DNA of 64,000 nt, from contig CAVRBU010000005.1 in the NCBI GenBank assembly GCA_963719315.1, positions 1 through 64,000 of the forward strand, given 5' to 3'. Made by a program: the position numbers and the translations under genes. Under the pieces are notes generated by a model. That model saw only the letters and a program-made list of their open reading frames with translations. It was not told the origin of the DNA and searched no databases. How positions within the stretch are numbered: position 1 is the first letter of the stretch; each line of letters starts with the position of its first letter. Of the stretch, positions 11,124 to 21,654 are shown one piece after another. The stretch is from an uncultured Planctomycetota bacterium. GTDB taxonomy: Bacteria; Planctomycetota; Planctomycetia; Pirellulales; Lacipirellulaceae.

Positions 11124-12227
11124 TCATCGATTCCGCCAGATCAAGTGGTCATCGATTTTTAGTTCGCGTTGTGCGGCGGCGATGGCTTGGCGGAAACGTT
11201 GGGCGTCTTTGGGGTAGCCGGCTGTGGGCTTAAGGTTGGGAACGTGGGCAGCCCAGAACTGGTTGAACGCGCGCATTGAAAGCTCGCGCAGGTACTTGGC
11301 CGTCATCGAGGCGAGAGCCGTCGGCAGGAACCGCTCGCCGTTCATGCGGAACGCGACACGCGTCCGCGCCTCGGACGGCCCCCATTCGTAGCGGCTCTCG
11401 GCCCGGCTTTCGTAAATCGGCTCAATCCAATGCTCGGAAAAATGATGCTGCAAGAGCGCCGCGTAAAAGTTGCGGCCACCGTGTTTATCGCAAACGGCGA
11501 AAAGAGGGGCGAGGGGCGAGGAGCGAGGAACGAGATCAGGAATCGCGTCGATGACTTCGCGGAGCAGGCCGACCGTGATGTGAGAGAGAGCGGCGCCTTT
11601 CGTACCGTAGTGGTCGACGAGATTGTTGAATTCTGCGGGAAATACGAGGCGAGCGCGGATCAATAGCGGACGGACTTGGGCCGATTCGCAGGCGCGGCTG
11701 AAACGCACTTCAAGGCGCGACAGCTCGTCGGCCGTGGCGTCGACTGGAAGTGGGCTGTCATGACCGTCGGGCCAGCAGTGTTTTTTATGATGGCCGGCGG
11801 GATCGGCAGCGCAGTATTCGATGATCGCCGACCAGGACGTGAGTGATCGTCGCATGGAAAGCAGAACTACGTGCAAGCCGCGTTCGAGTTGCCGCAATCC
11901 GACACCAGGAGAGTACAGCGATTTGGAATCGGCGATTGCGATGCGGCGTTCGCTCGCCTTCTTGGCAACGACGCCGCGGAGCAGACGGTAAAGATCGTGA
12001 GCGGATTCGATTGCGGATTGCGGATTGCGGATTGCGGATTGGCGACCGGTTGGTTGCCTTGTTAATCCGCAATCCGCAATCCGAAATCCAAAATCGTTCG
12101 CTGCTTCCGAGCCCCGAACCTCGAACCCTGAACCCTCGTCCGGCACCTCCCACCCAGTGGCCGCAACAACAAGCGGCCCGAAATTCGGTCCGTAGCCGGC
12201 TTCGTCCATGCCAATGAGGATTCCCAT
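11124..12227 (-). CDS. Ribonuclease HII-like protein with in-frame repeat insertions
   Basis: GMDEAGYGPNFGPLVV, IADSK, CDKHGGR, ALASMTAKYLRE, GYP motifs of the RNase HII fold; ATG at 12227. Confidence 0.8.
   Translation of the reverse strand: MGILIGMDEAGYGPNFGPLVVAATGWEVPDEGSGFEVRGSEAANDFGFRIADCGLTRQPTGRQSAIRNPQSAIESAHDLYRLLRGVVAKKASERRIAIADSKSLYSPGVGLRQLERGLHVVLLSMRRSLTSWSAIIEYCAADPAGHHKKHCWPDGHDSPLPVDATADELSRLEVRFSRACESAQVRPLLIRARLVFPAEFNNLVDHYGTKGAALSHITVGLLREVIDAIPDLVPRSSPLAPLFAVCDKHGGRNFYAALLQHHFSEHWIEPIYESRAESRYEWGPSEARTRVAFRMNGERFLPTALASMTAKYLRELSMRAFNQFWAAHVPNLKPTAGYPKDAQRFRQAIAAAQRELKIDDHLIWRNR
11504..11533. repeat. Heptamer tandem repeat (GAGGGGC-type) inside the RNase HII-like CDS
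   Basis: gaggggc gaggggc gaggagc gaggaac, encoding VPRSSPLAPL. Confidence 0.75.
12009..12135. repeat. Inverted heptamer tandem arrays inside the RNase HII-like CDS
   Basis: (GATTGCG)x4 at 12009-12040, inverted (AATCCGC)-type array at 12064-12095, and a CGAACC-type heptamer run at 12108-12135. Confidence 0.88.
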
Positions 12228-12452
12228 CCGGGGCAGTATAACCAATCGAGTGCTGAAGTCGACACACTTAATGCGAAGCTGAATTGATCGTGCCAACGGC
12301 GAGTGCGGCGTGATCGATCTGTCAGAGTTCGTCGGCCGCGGCGTGTTCGCCGCATGAGAATGGCCGCTCGTGTTCGAGCAAGCCGCTATCACAAAGGAAG
12401 CCGCCGTCGAATGGCCGGCGGAACTCGATATGTGCCCGACGGAGACGAACGC

Positions 12453-15400
12453 TCAGAAAAATCCGCCGCCGCCGAGATAGGGACTGCTGGCAGGCAGGAT
12501 TGCCGCGTCCTCCTGGATCAAGCGCTCGTTGAATTTTTCCGCTTTCTCGTTCGATTCGCCGGTCCTTTTCGAGAGATCGAGCCGCTCCTCGTCGGTAAGT
12601 TGTTTGCTAAATACTTCGTCGAGCACGTCCACGTTGAATCGCTTCTTTTCCCCGCCGCCGTCAATCGTAGCCGGTTTATCCGCGCAGCGGACGACCGCCA
12701 CCATCGCGGCGGCGAGCGTGGCCTGGTCTTCGCTAGTCTTCAAGATGTCGATTAGCTCGGGGCTAGCCTTCGCGGCCTTGCCACCCAGGGCAGCCAAGCC
12801 GCGAATCGCTTCGATGTGGTCCGACTTGCGCGACTTGTCTTTCAGGACGGCGAGCAGTTGATCCACGAGCTGCGAAGCGTCCTTCCCATCAAGGATTTGC
12901 GAAATGCCGCGGGCCTGGCGGCGGACGTCCTCATCGGAATTGAAGAGTAGCTTCGGAAACATCGCCGGCCGATACAACAACTGCGGGGTTGGTAACGTGC
13001 TGCCGCCGCCGAATCCACCACCGCCACCGCCGCCGCCACCACCGCTATTTGGCGGATAATTCACGAGCAGTTGCAGCGTGGAACGAACGACCGCTGGGTC
13101 TTTGCTCGCCAGCGCGTCGTCGATGAGCTTGCGGGTTTTCTCGTCGAGCTGTGGGCCGTCGCTGCCTGTTTGGCTGGAGCGGATGAGCGCGCCGAGGGCT
13201 TCGCGGCGCAATTGGCGGTCGCCGGACGCGGCCACCGTTTGTAATATCTTGACAACCGCTTCGTCGCCGGTCCGCACTCTGGAGTAAAGATGCGCAGTCA
13301 GCCACTTCCATTTATTGGGCTCCTTCTCAATGCGCGCCGCCAAATCGGGCACCCAATACGGGGCTAGCGTCTGCGGGCGATACTCGGGCGCCAGTTCGGA
13401 AAGGACGGTTTCCTTGAGTTTCCCTTCGGGCGTGCTGTCGATGAAGTTGAAGTCGTACTGCCCAGCGACATCGAGAATCGCTTCGGCCGCCTCCTTGCCA
13501 TAACCGGCCCGGCCAAACGCCGCGAGGGCCTTCACGGCTTCGAGACGCTTCTCGGTGCTGAGCTCGGTTTTCCAAGTGGTGCGCCACGTATCGAACGTCT
13601 TTCCGTCGTAGCGAAGGTTGGATTTGTCGAACCCGGCGCCTGCGGGCGACGCGATGGGTGCCGGTGATGCGTTGAACGGATTCGTCGGAAACGCCGACGG
13701 TGCACCGGTAGTCGGTTCGTTTTCCGCGACCAGCACCTGTCGCGGCACAGTGGTGGACGGAGCGAGCGGCGGTGCATTCACCGCGACCGACCCACTTTCG
13801 GTCGGTGCCCGTCGCGGCTGTATGTCGTTCGGGAGACGATATGGATCGTTCTCTAAGGCTGAGGCGGGGAATGTTTGCGAGATCGTGGGAGTCGGTGCCG
13901 GGATCGTGGTGCCGGGTTTGGCGTTACCCCACGGATCATTCGATGTGTTGCGATTTAGCGTCGGTGGCGTGAATTGATAGGAAGATTGCGGTTCGTCGGC
14001 GGGCCGAGCGGGCGTGGGCTGCAAAATTGCCGGGAGAGGTGTCGGGGCGTTGTTGCCAAATTGCCCGCCGCCGATTCTGTTGCCGCCGCCGGTCTTTACG
14101 GTAATGCGGCCAGCGACGACGCGGTCCGGCCCTGGACCGCCGAAACCGCCATCGGATCGAACAACGTAGAATTTCAGGGGGTTGAGTTCGGCCAGATCAT
14201 CACGATTTAGAACTTCTACCACATCCTTGACGCTCCGCGTCGGCCAAACGTGGAGGCCGACCAGAATGTCGCCGGTTTCGACCATCACTTCGTTTGGAGC
14301 GCGCTGGGGGCTGGTAGACCCGGCGACGACCTTCACGCCGCCGTCGTAGCCCAGCGCTTTGACGCGCTGGAGATCGTCGTCGCCGATGGGTTCCAGTTCC
14401 AGGCCGAGGCGCTTCCAGGCTACGTCAGCGAGTTTTTGGTCTTCGAGCGAGGGGAACTTGCTAGCGGGCCCGGGACCGGCTGGCGCAAGGCCGCCTTCGG
14501 GTCCCATTGCCGGGCCTTCGGGGCCAGCCGTGGTCTCGCCCGGATTGCGATTTGCACTCTCCTGCAGACTCTTTGTTTCGCCGCCGTTGCGCGTGAATTG
14601 GATGCCGATGGCGTCCGACGGCTGCGTGAAGTCGATGCAGCGGACGCTGCCGTCTACCCAAGCGGCGTAGCAACCGTTCGGCCACATCGATCCTAATCCC
14701 TTGATCGGTTCTTTACGATCAAAGTTCCAATCCTGCGGCTTAGTCCACTCCACTGCCTGATCCACATTCGCTTCGACAACTGCAATCGTCTTCGATGTGC
14801 CGTCCGAAATGTTTTGAAATCCGAGACCCTTGGAGCTGCCATCGAAAACGCATTCCTTGCCGACAACAGCCAGGTAATCGGTCATCCCCGGCTTGTCGAG
14901 TTTTGGATTCTTGAACACGTTCGGCATACGGGCTATGAGCTTGCGGTTGTGTTCGCTGTCCCAAGGTTCGTTGAGATGGAATTCGTGATACAGCTTCTCT
15001 TCGGCGAGGAATGGTAACACGTGTACCCGCCAACTCAGCAACGGCTTACCGTTTGCATCGTAAATTGCGTTGGCAGGCAACGACCCACGATTTCCCGCAT
15101 TGTTATGAATCGCCATAATGAGTTTTTTCAGGTTCTTCTTTGTTTGCTCTTCCGCAGCCAATTTTGGTTTCGTCTCCGTGTGCTCTGTAGCCTCTGTGGC
15201 AGATTGATCGGCCTGACCAATCTTGGGCAAGTAAAGTACGGCGAATGTGGCCGTCACGAGCAACGAACCAAACACGAGGGCCAGCGATTTTCCGGAGACG
15301 AGCATGGGATCATCCTCCAATTGCAGAATGCGACGGATGCGGGAGCGCAACGGACCGGCGGCCATCGCGGATGAGGCGGCCGAGTGGAACAGCACGCTGC

Positions 15401-16426
15401 GCGGCATTTGAGCAGCCGAGCGGCGACGAGCATTTCGGCATAGGCATGCGGGCGGTTCGTGCGGGTGACGACGACGGCGTCGCAACAGGATTCGCGGTCG
15501 CGGCGGACCCAAGTCGAGATCATCCACACGGCGGGGTGAAAGAACAGCAGCGATTCGATGCAGCGCTGGAGCAGATTGACGAGGTTGTCCCAGCGGCGGA
15601 CGTGGGCTAGCTCGTGCAGCAGGACCATTTCGATTTCGTCGGGCGACCAGCCGGTGAGCGCAGCCGGCGGGAGCAGGATGATCGGCCGGACGATGCCAAT
15701 GAGCACCGGGGCCGCAATCCGCTCGCACACGGCGACGGCTACGTGCTTGCCGATGTGGAGTGATTTCGTGAGCTCGGCGAGCGCGTCGGCGATGGGACCT
15801 TCGGTGATTCCGCGGCTGGCACGGCCAAGGCGGCGCGTGCCGACGACGCCGGTGAGTAGTAGCCCGAAGGTAATAGGGGTGCCGATCAGCCAGAGCCAAG
15901 GAAGGTACGGAATGCATCCAACAAGCGCAGCGAGCGAAGTCCCCCTACCTTGTAGGTAGGGGTTAGGTCGCTCGGGACTTGCCGTGGCGAGGGAGGGTTC
16001 AGCGTGCGGCGCTACGTCAACGGAAGATGCGACAGCTTTGTCAGCGACAATCGAGCTTTCCACCGCCGATTCGTTGCCGCGATCGTGCAGTTCAATGATC
16101 GCTTCGGGCAATATAGGAGCTGTTTGAATTGAGGCTGGAGCGGCCGTCGTCGGGATCACAGTGGAGACGAACCCTCCCCTAGCCCCTCCCTGGAAGGGAG
16201 GGGAATTCGAGCAGAGCCAGGCCGCCGTGGCGATTGGCAACGTGGCCAGTGCGATCAGCCAGGCCACCATGAACGCGTACCGCACGCTCGCTACCGCACG
16301 TCGCAACAACAGGCGGCAGACGGCGGCCGCGGCGCCCACCAGCGCGCCCAGCCACAGAAAGTGCACCATCGTCCAGCCGGCAATGAGCCATAGATCAGAA
16401 ACAGCCAAAGTAATCGGAACGGTCAT
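12453..16426 (-). CDS. BlaR1-like M56 metallopeptidase fused to DUF1559-like, PDZ-like and HEAT-repeat regions; frameshift near 15415
   Basis: GWTMVHFLW, LLHELAHVRRWD, FFHPAVW, RESCCD in ORF 15254-16525. Continues in ORF 12453-15917 as LRSRIRRIL, NLKKLIMAIHN...LSWRVHVLPFL...ISDGTSKTI, then a PDZ-like segment, a Pro-rich linker and HEAT-like repeats. Confidence 0.85.
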
Positions 16427-16467
16427 GGCCGTCGTCCTTATCGTACTCAGGAGTAATTCTGAGGCAT

Positions 16468-16962
16468 TTATTGTCCGTAGATATCGCAGATTTTCGCAGA
16501 TGTGGGTTCCAATATATCTGCGCACATCTGCGACATCTGTGAACTATGCTTGGTCATCTTTTGCGCCTTGGCGCCTTTGCGTGAGATTTGATTGGAGTCG
16601 ATTAGTTTGCGAAGATCAGTCAGTTCTTCCGGCGTGAGCCGGCCAGCTTCGACAAGGTGAGTGGCGAGCCGGCCGGCGGAGCCGTCGAAGATGCCGTCGA
16701 CGAGTTTGCCGACCATCGATTTTGCCGCGGCCGCTTGCGTCACCGCGGCCGACCACTGCTGGCCGCGGGTGGCTTGCTTGCGGCGTACGAGGCCCTTATC
16801 CAACATCACGCGGAGCATCGTGGCGACGGTCGTGGTCGCGACCTCGCGCTCGCGTCGGAGCGCTTCGCAGATGGCGCCGAGCGACGATTGGCCGTTTTCC
16901 CAAAGAGCGCGGAGGATTTCGAGCTCGCCGTCAGTGGGATGCTGGCTGGGTGGACGCGGCAT
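16468..16962 (-). CDS. BlaI/MecI/CopY family repressor
   Basis: PTDGELEILRALWE, ATTTVATMLRVMLDKGLV, FDGSAGRLATHL; directly upstream of the M56 gene; the C-terminal tail reads through repeat DNA. Confidence 0.92.
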   Translation of the reverse strand: MPRPPSQHPTDGELEILRALWENGQSSLGAICEALRREREVATTTVATMLRVMLDKGLVRRKQATRGQQWSAAVTQAAAAKSMVGKLVDGIFDGSAGRLATHLVEAGRLTPEELTDLRKLIDSNQISRKGAKAQKMTKHSSQMSQMCADILEPTSAKICDIYGQ

Positions 16963-17066
16963 GGTGGTCCTTTGGGTGTCGGGTGTCGGGTGTCGGAGTC
17001 CTGTGGTGGGCAATGTTTTTCGGTGCTATTGCAGCGTGTCTGCCTGCTGCTTGGTGTGACAATTCG

Positions 17067-17095
17067 TATTCTAAAGAATTAGAATAGTGTGTCAA
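17067..17095 (-). promoter_or_regulatory. Sigma70-type promoter with overlapping palindromic operator for the blaI-like gene
   Basis: Minus strand TTGACA (17095-17090)-N16-TAGAAT (17073-17068); perfect inverted repeat TATTCTAA-agaa-TTAGAATA at 17067-17086. Confidence 0.7.
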
Positions 17096-17137
17096 GGCGC
17101 AGGGGGCCGGATTTCGCGGGTGCCGTCGGTAGGCCGG

Positions 17138-17866
17138 CTACCGGGCGTCGCGCTTGGCCTGGCGGCGCCTGTTTTGAGCCGAAATGTGCTTCTGAATGCG
17201 GACGACGCCGGCCGCCTTCAGGCGATCCTGCTTGGCCTGCGTGCTCGCACGACGTTGCTTGCGTTTCGTAACTTGCAGGCCTTTGGGTGCGGACGTGGAG
17301 CGAGCCGCTTTCGATTCCGTGACAATCGCTGTCGGCGGTTTCGAACGACTCGAATCGACGGAGGCGGTCGACTTCGTTTCCGCGGCAGCACTTGGCGCGG
17401 CAGGCATGGCTTTCGCGGCGGTCGCAGTTCGACGGGATCGCTTGCCGACGCTTATTTCGCGGCGGGTTTCGCGCAGTTCGTCGCGAACCTCCGCCCGGAC
17501 GGCTCGGTGCGTCTTAACCCGGGTTTTGAGTGGAGACAATTTGCGGGGTCGAGTCGCGGCGGTGCGATCGGATTTCGGTTTGGCGAGCTCCGCTTCGAAT
17601 CGAGACAACACTTCTTGGAACAGTTCCGCCTTCTCGTCCGACCGCGCACTCGACGACGTTTGTCGAGCACCCTTCTTCGCTTGGGCCGCTCGTCGCTGCT
17701 TTTGGGCTTGATCGCGCCATTTGTCGCGCAGTTTGCGAGCCCGTTCCTTCTTCTGGCGAAGCTGAGGCGCGGAAAGCAATTTGATCTGAGCCTTGCCGCT
17801 GCTTACGACGAGCGACCACTCGCTGTCGCTGCACACTGCTTTTGCCTTCGACGATGAGATAGCCAT
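17138..17866 (-). CDS. Highly basic hypothetical protein
   Basis: 242-aa K/R/A-rich ORF with GGGAAGG RBS-like sequence upstream; no family recognised. Confidence 0.65.
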   Translation of the reverse strand: MAISSSKAKAVCSDSEWSLVVSSGKAQIKLLSAPQLRQKKERARKLRDKWRDQAQKQRRAAQAKKGARQTSSSARSDEKAELFQEVLSRFEAELAKPKSDRTAATRPRKLSPLKTRVKTHRAVRAEVRDELRETRREISVGKRSRRTATAAKAMPAAPSAAAETKSTASVDSSRSKPPTAIVTESKAARSTSAPKGLQVTKRKQRRASTQAKQDRLKAAGVVRIQKHISAQNRRRQAKRDAR

Positions 17867-18142
17867 GCGCCTTCCCCAAACTATGCGATATCGCGAATCG
17901 CGACGGCCGACAAAAGCCGTTGCGCTCGCTGCATGTTAGCACAATCCGCGGCGGCCGGCGCGGGACGGGCACGTCATTCCAGAGCCCTTCATGTGTTGAA
18001 TCTGGGGAAAGTTGTGGGAAGGACCGCCGACTCCGATTAATTGTGGTAATTCAATCCGGTCTCGAAGTTCAAGCGAAATCGGCATCGGAGACGCCTCCCT
18101 CACTTTTTTCTCCATTTTGAATAAGTGAAAGGCCTGTGCTCG

Positions 18143-21100
18143 TCATTCAAATATCAGCAGGCCGAATTGGGAGGGAGAACCGTCAGATTCGGGTGGACCC
18201 GACCACGTTTCATAGCCGGTGCGGGGAATGGTGCGGCGGGCGGAGACTGCCCACACGCTGTGCGCGGCAGGCGGTTTATCGACGAGTTCCGAAAGCGGGA
18301 TGGCGGCTTCGACGGTCCAGGATGTAGCATCGCTCGCGGCGGCAACGTACCAGGTTGGGTTCCAGATCGCGTCGCCCCAGCAGGCGTCGTGCGTCCAGCC
18401 GCGGTTGTCGACCGTGAGCTCGAACGCGGTGCTGTAGTCGCGGTCGGTATCGAGTCGCACCGTGACGCGATCGTGTTGCGTGAGATCGGCGTCGCGCGGG
18501 CGCGGCGTAGCATCGGCGACGTAGTCGAGGTTCGGGGATTTGGGGCAGTGGATCGCGAGGTAGAGGAATTGGTTGTCGTATGCGAGTTGGACTTCGGCAG
18601 CCGGCGAATTCGCGGCGAGATCTTTGTCCGCACTAAGCCGCAAGCGGTCGGCCTTCGTCCAGAAGGGTTCGTCGAGGTTGCCATCGAGGTTAGGCGGTTG
18701 GTCGGTGGGGCGACACGTGGCGAGTTTCTTTGCCGGCGGGAGATCGGCCGGCTTGGCCAGCCATTCTTCGGTAGCGGCGCATTGTCGCCAGGGATCGGAT
18801 TCTGGGAGCTGATTCAGTGTCAGAAAATATCGCTGCGCGGGATTAGCATAGCCCAGTTCCCGCTGGGCGGCGGTTTCAGCGAAACGAACACTTGGCTCGG
18901 CGTATATGACCGGGCGCGCGGTTTTGAGATAGTCGGCAAGTTGGGCGGCGCGGCGAAGACGGTCGTCGCGCGAGAGAGTCGGAGAGGTTGACGGTAGAGT
19001 TGCTGAGGCTTGTTGGATTGGACCAGTTGATTCCAAGACACCCTCACCCTGCCCTCTCCCGGAGGGAGAGGGTTCTGAGAACTGTTCTCTCCCAAACGGA
19101 GATGGTGCTTCCTTTAGGCGGTGGGCGGCTTCGCTGCTGGCGTAGAACTTGATGAGCCATTCGAGCGCTGGATCGACCAGCGGGTGATCGGGGTAACGCC
19201 GGGCGAAGAGGAAATAGGTGTCGGCGGCGAGATCGAGGTGGCCCGATTTGCGATAACCATCGGCAAGCTGCGCAAGAAGTTGGCCGGCGGCGTCGGGGCT
19301 GAGGCCCTCGATCATGTTTGATACCTGGCCGGCCCAGGCGGCGTTGCCTTCGCCCCGTTCCATCAGCTCTTGCAGATGACGACGGCGAGTCGCGAGGCGA
19401 CGGAGTGCTTCCAAATCTTGCGTGGGCAACTCGGCCTGTGGACGACGGGAGTCGCTACCCGGCGCGAGTGATATGCCGCCGAACAATCCGCGGGCGTTGC
19501 TGTTCTCGGCAACATTACTGAGCAGCAGTTTCAGTTCAATCGTATCGGGGGGCGATGTGCGATAAGCGGCGAGCAAACTGCGGGCAGGCATGACGTAATC
19601 GCTGAGAGCGCCGCCGAGCCAGGGCGAGAACCGTCCGGTGGCCAGTACTTCGTCGCCGCGAGCGCCGGGCGGCAACACGCCGTAGACCTTTTTCACTTTC
19701 CACGGAGCGAGGCCGATTTCGGCAACAAGCTCTGCACTTTGCGCGGGTCGGCGGCTGCGGAAACAGCTTGCGCTACCAACTGCTCAATGAGATCAGACAT
19801 GCCCGAATCGAGGGGCGATTGCGCAGTCGCTGCGCCGCTCGGCTGGGGGCTCGCTGGCGCTCGACCCCTGCCACCCTGCGCGTGCTGGAGGATGACGATA
19901 TCGGGCCGCCAAGTACGCAGCTCGCGGACCATGTGGCTCGCAAGTTGCTGCATCGCGCGGCCGTCGTTCTCGCGATTGAGCGATTGCAGCAGATCGGCGG
20001 GAGTGAGAGCCAGATCGGCGGCGGGCAGCGGAAATCGCCAGGCCATTTCGGCCGATGCGGCGCCACTGAGCAGCAGGGCTTCTCGCCACCGCCGCGATTC
20101 GGACTGATCGCCGGCGCTCGACGCATCGCGAGTCGGCGTGCAGAGGATGTTGACGGCGGCGATGTAACCATCAGCAGCGCCCGAGTCGGCGAGCACCTCC
20201 AGCGGTACATCGTTCGGCTCGGCAAAAAGCGCGAGGAGGGCCGCGCGCTGGCCGCCACTGCGCTGCGAGTGCCACGTGTGGCCGCCATCTTGTGTGGCCA
20301 GAATGTTGCCAAATTCACCGACGGCCCAACCGTGCTGCGGGTCGCTGAATGTTAGTGCGCGCAGCGGCGCAGTTTGGCCGGTCGCGATCGACTCCCAGTT
20401 TTGTCCGCCGTCGGGCGAGTGGAAGATGCGCGAGCCGGGTGAACCGGCAACCCAGACGTGCGGCCCCTGCACCGCCAAGGCGTGGAAATCGAAATTGTCG
20501 GCGGCGATTTGTGGCAGATCGGCGGGCGGCGTTTGCCAGCTTCGGCCGAGGTCGTGCGTGGTTAGTACGAGGCCACCGTCGCCAACGGCCCAGCCGCCCG
20601 TGGGCGCGACGAGGCGCATTGCGCGAAATGATCGCAGCGACGCAGTGGCTAGCGGAGAATGCACGAGTTGATGGCGGCCAAGCGTGGCGATTTGGCCGCC
20701 GGGACCGGCGACGGCGCCGATCTCGGGCTCGAGGAAATCGCCGGCGAGCCAATCGCCGGCGGCGTCGGCCGCGATCGGTAGCCAGGTGTTGCCGCCGTCG
20801 CGCGTCGTGAAGACGCCGGACGGAGAGAACGACGCGCACTCTCCAAAGGCAACGCCACGGTTGGGATCAAAAAACTTTACGCCGCTGAGGCGCGGCAGGA
20901 TGAGGTGGGGCACTTCGGTCCACGTTGCGCCGCTGTCGGCCGTGCGCAGTACAACGCCCCGCGAACCCGCCCTGCCCTGCCGACTTTCGCCGCCGACGGC
21001 CCAGCCGCGTCGACCATCGATGAAAAACACCGAATTGAGATGGCACGTGATGTTCGACTGCTGCTCGCGCCAGTTGGCGCCGCCATCTTCTGTGTGCCAG

Positions 21101-21360
21101 ATGACTCCGCGGTCGCCGACGGCCCAGCCAAGAACCTCGTTCACAATGCAAATGTCTGCCAGCGCGGCATCGTTACGCATCGCGCGGACGGTCGCGGTTA
21201 GCGGCGCAATGGACGGGGTCGTTGGAGTTGCTTGTGCCGCGGTCGAAGGAGCCGCGGTCGATTTTTCACCTTGGGCAAAGAGCACTACTGCGAAAGCGAA
21301 CGCCAAGCAACTTGCCAGTGCAAGTCGAAGTGGTAATTGCACTATGTTGTGACAATCCAT
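18143..21360 (-). CDS. YCF48-like beta-propeller multidomain protein (PIG-L-like, TPR-like and CBM9-like regions); frameshift near 19740
   Basis: Signal peptide; repeated GWAVGDxG..TxDGGxxW blades; LRTWRPDIVIL; C-terminal PNLDGNLDEPFW...AYDNQFLYLAI...WTVEAAIPL. ORFs 19693-21369 and 18143-19696 are joined by one indel. Confidence 0.82.
19041..19072. repeat. Palindromic repeat inserted in frame in the YCF48-like protein
   Basis: CCCTCACCCTGCCCTCTCCC-GGA-GGGAGAGGG encoding PSPSGRGQGEG; same family as 9168-9200. Confidence 0.8.
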
Positions 21361-21654
21361 TGTCGCCAATCCTTACTGCTGCGCGGGCTGAATTCTTGCG
21401 AATTCAGCTACGGTTAATCGGCTCATATTCTAGTCCGTTCGTTCCAACGGACCTAGGCAACTGTGGGGGCGGCGAATCCTTTGAGATTCGGTTATGGCGG
21501 CCGTGCCGGATTTGCTAGCAATGCGCGTGGCGCTGTGGGCGAGCTACATTTGTGCATTCAGACCAGACTTATTCCCGCCGATTGCCATTTGCAAACTGCG
21601 ACACGACACCCTCATCCCCTCTTTCCCAAAAGTAGCGGGTTCTGAAACACTTCC

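Noticed and set aside
12009..12135. Tandem repeats as a possible CRISPR array
   Set aside because: Units are 7 bp with no unique spacers, and there are no cas genes. No CRISPR array was seen anywhere in the window.
13001..13045. Poly-Gly-encoding CCG/CCA run as a contingency locus
   Set aside because: Mixed-codon triplet run that keeps frame; a common low-complexity linker.
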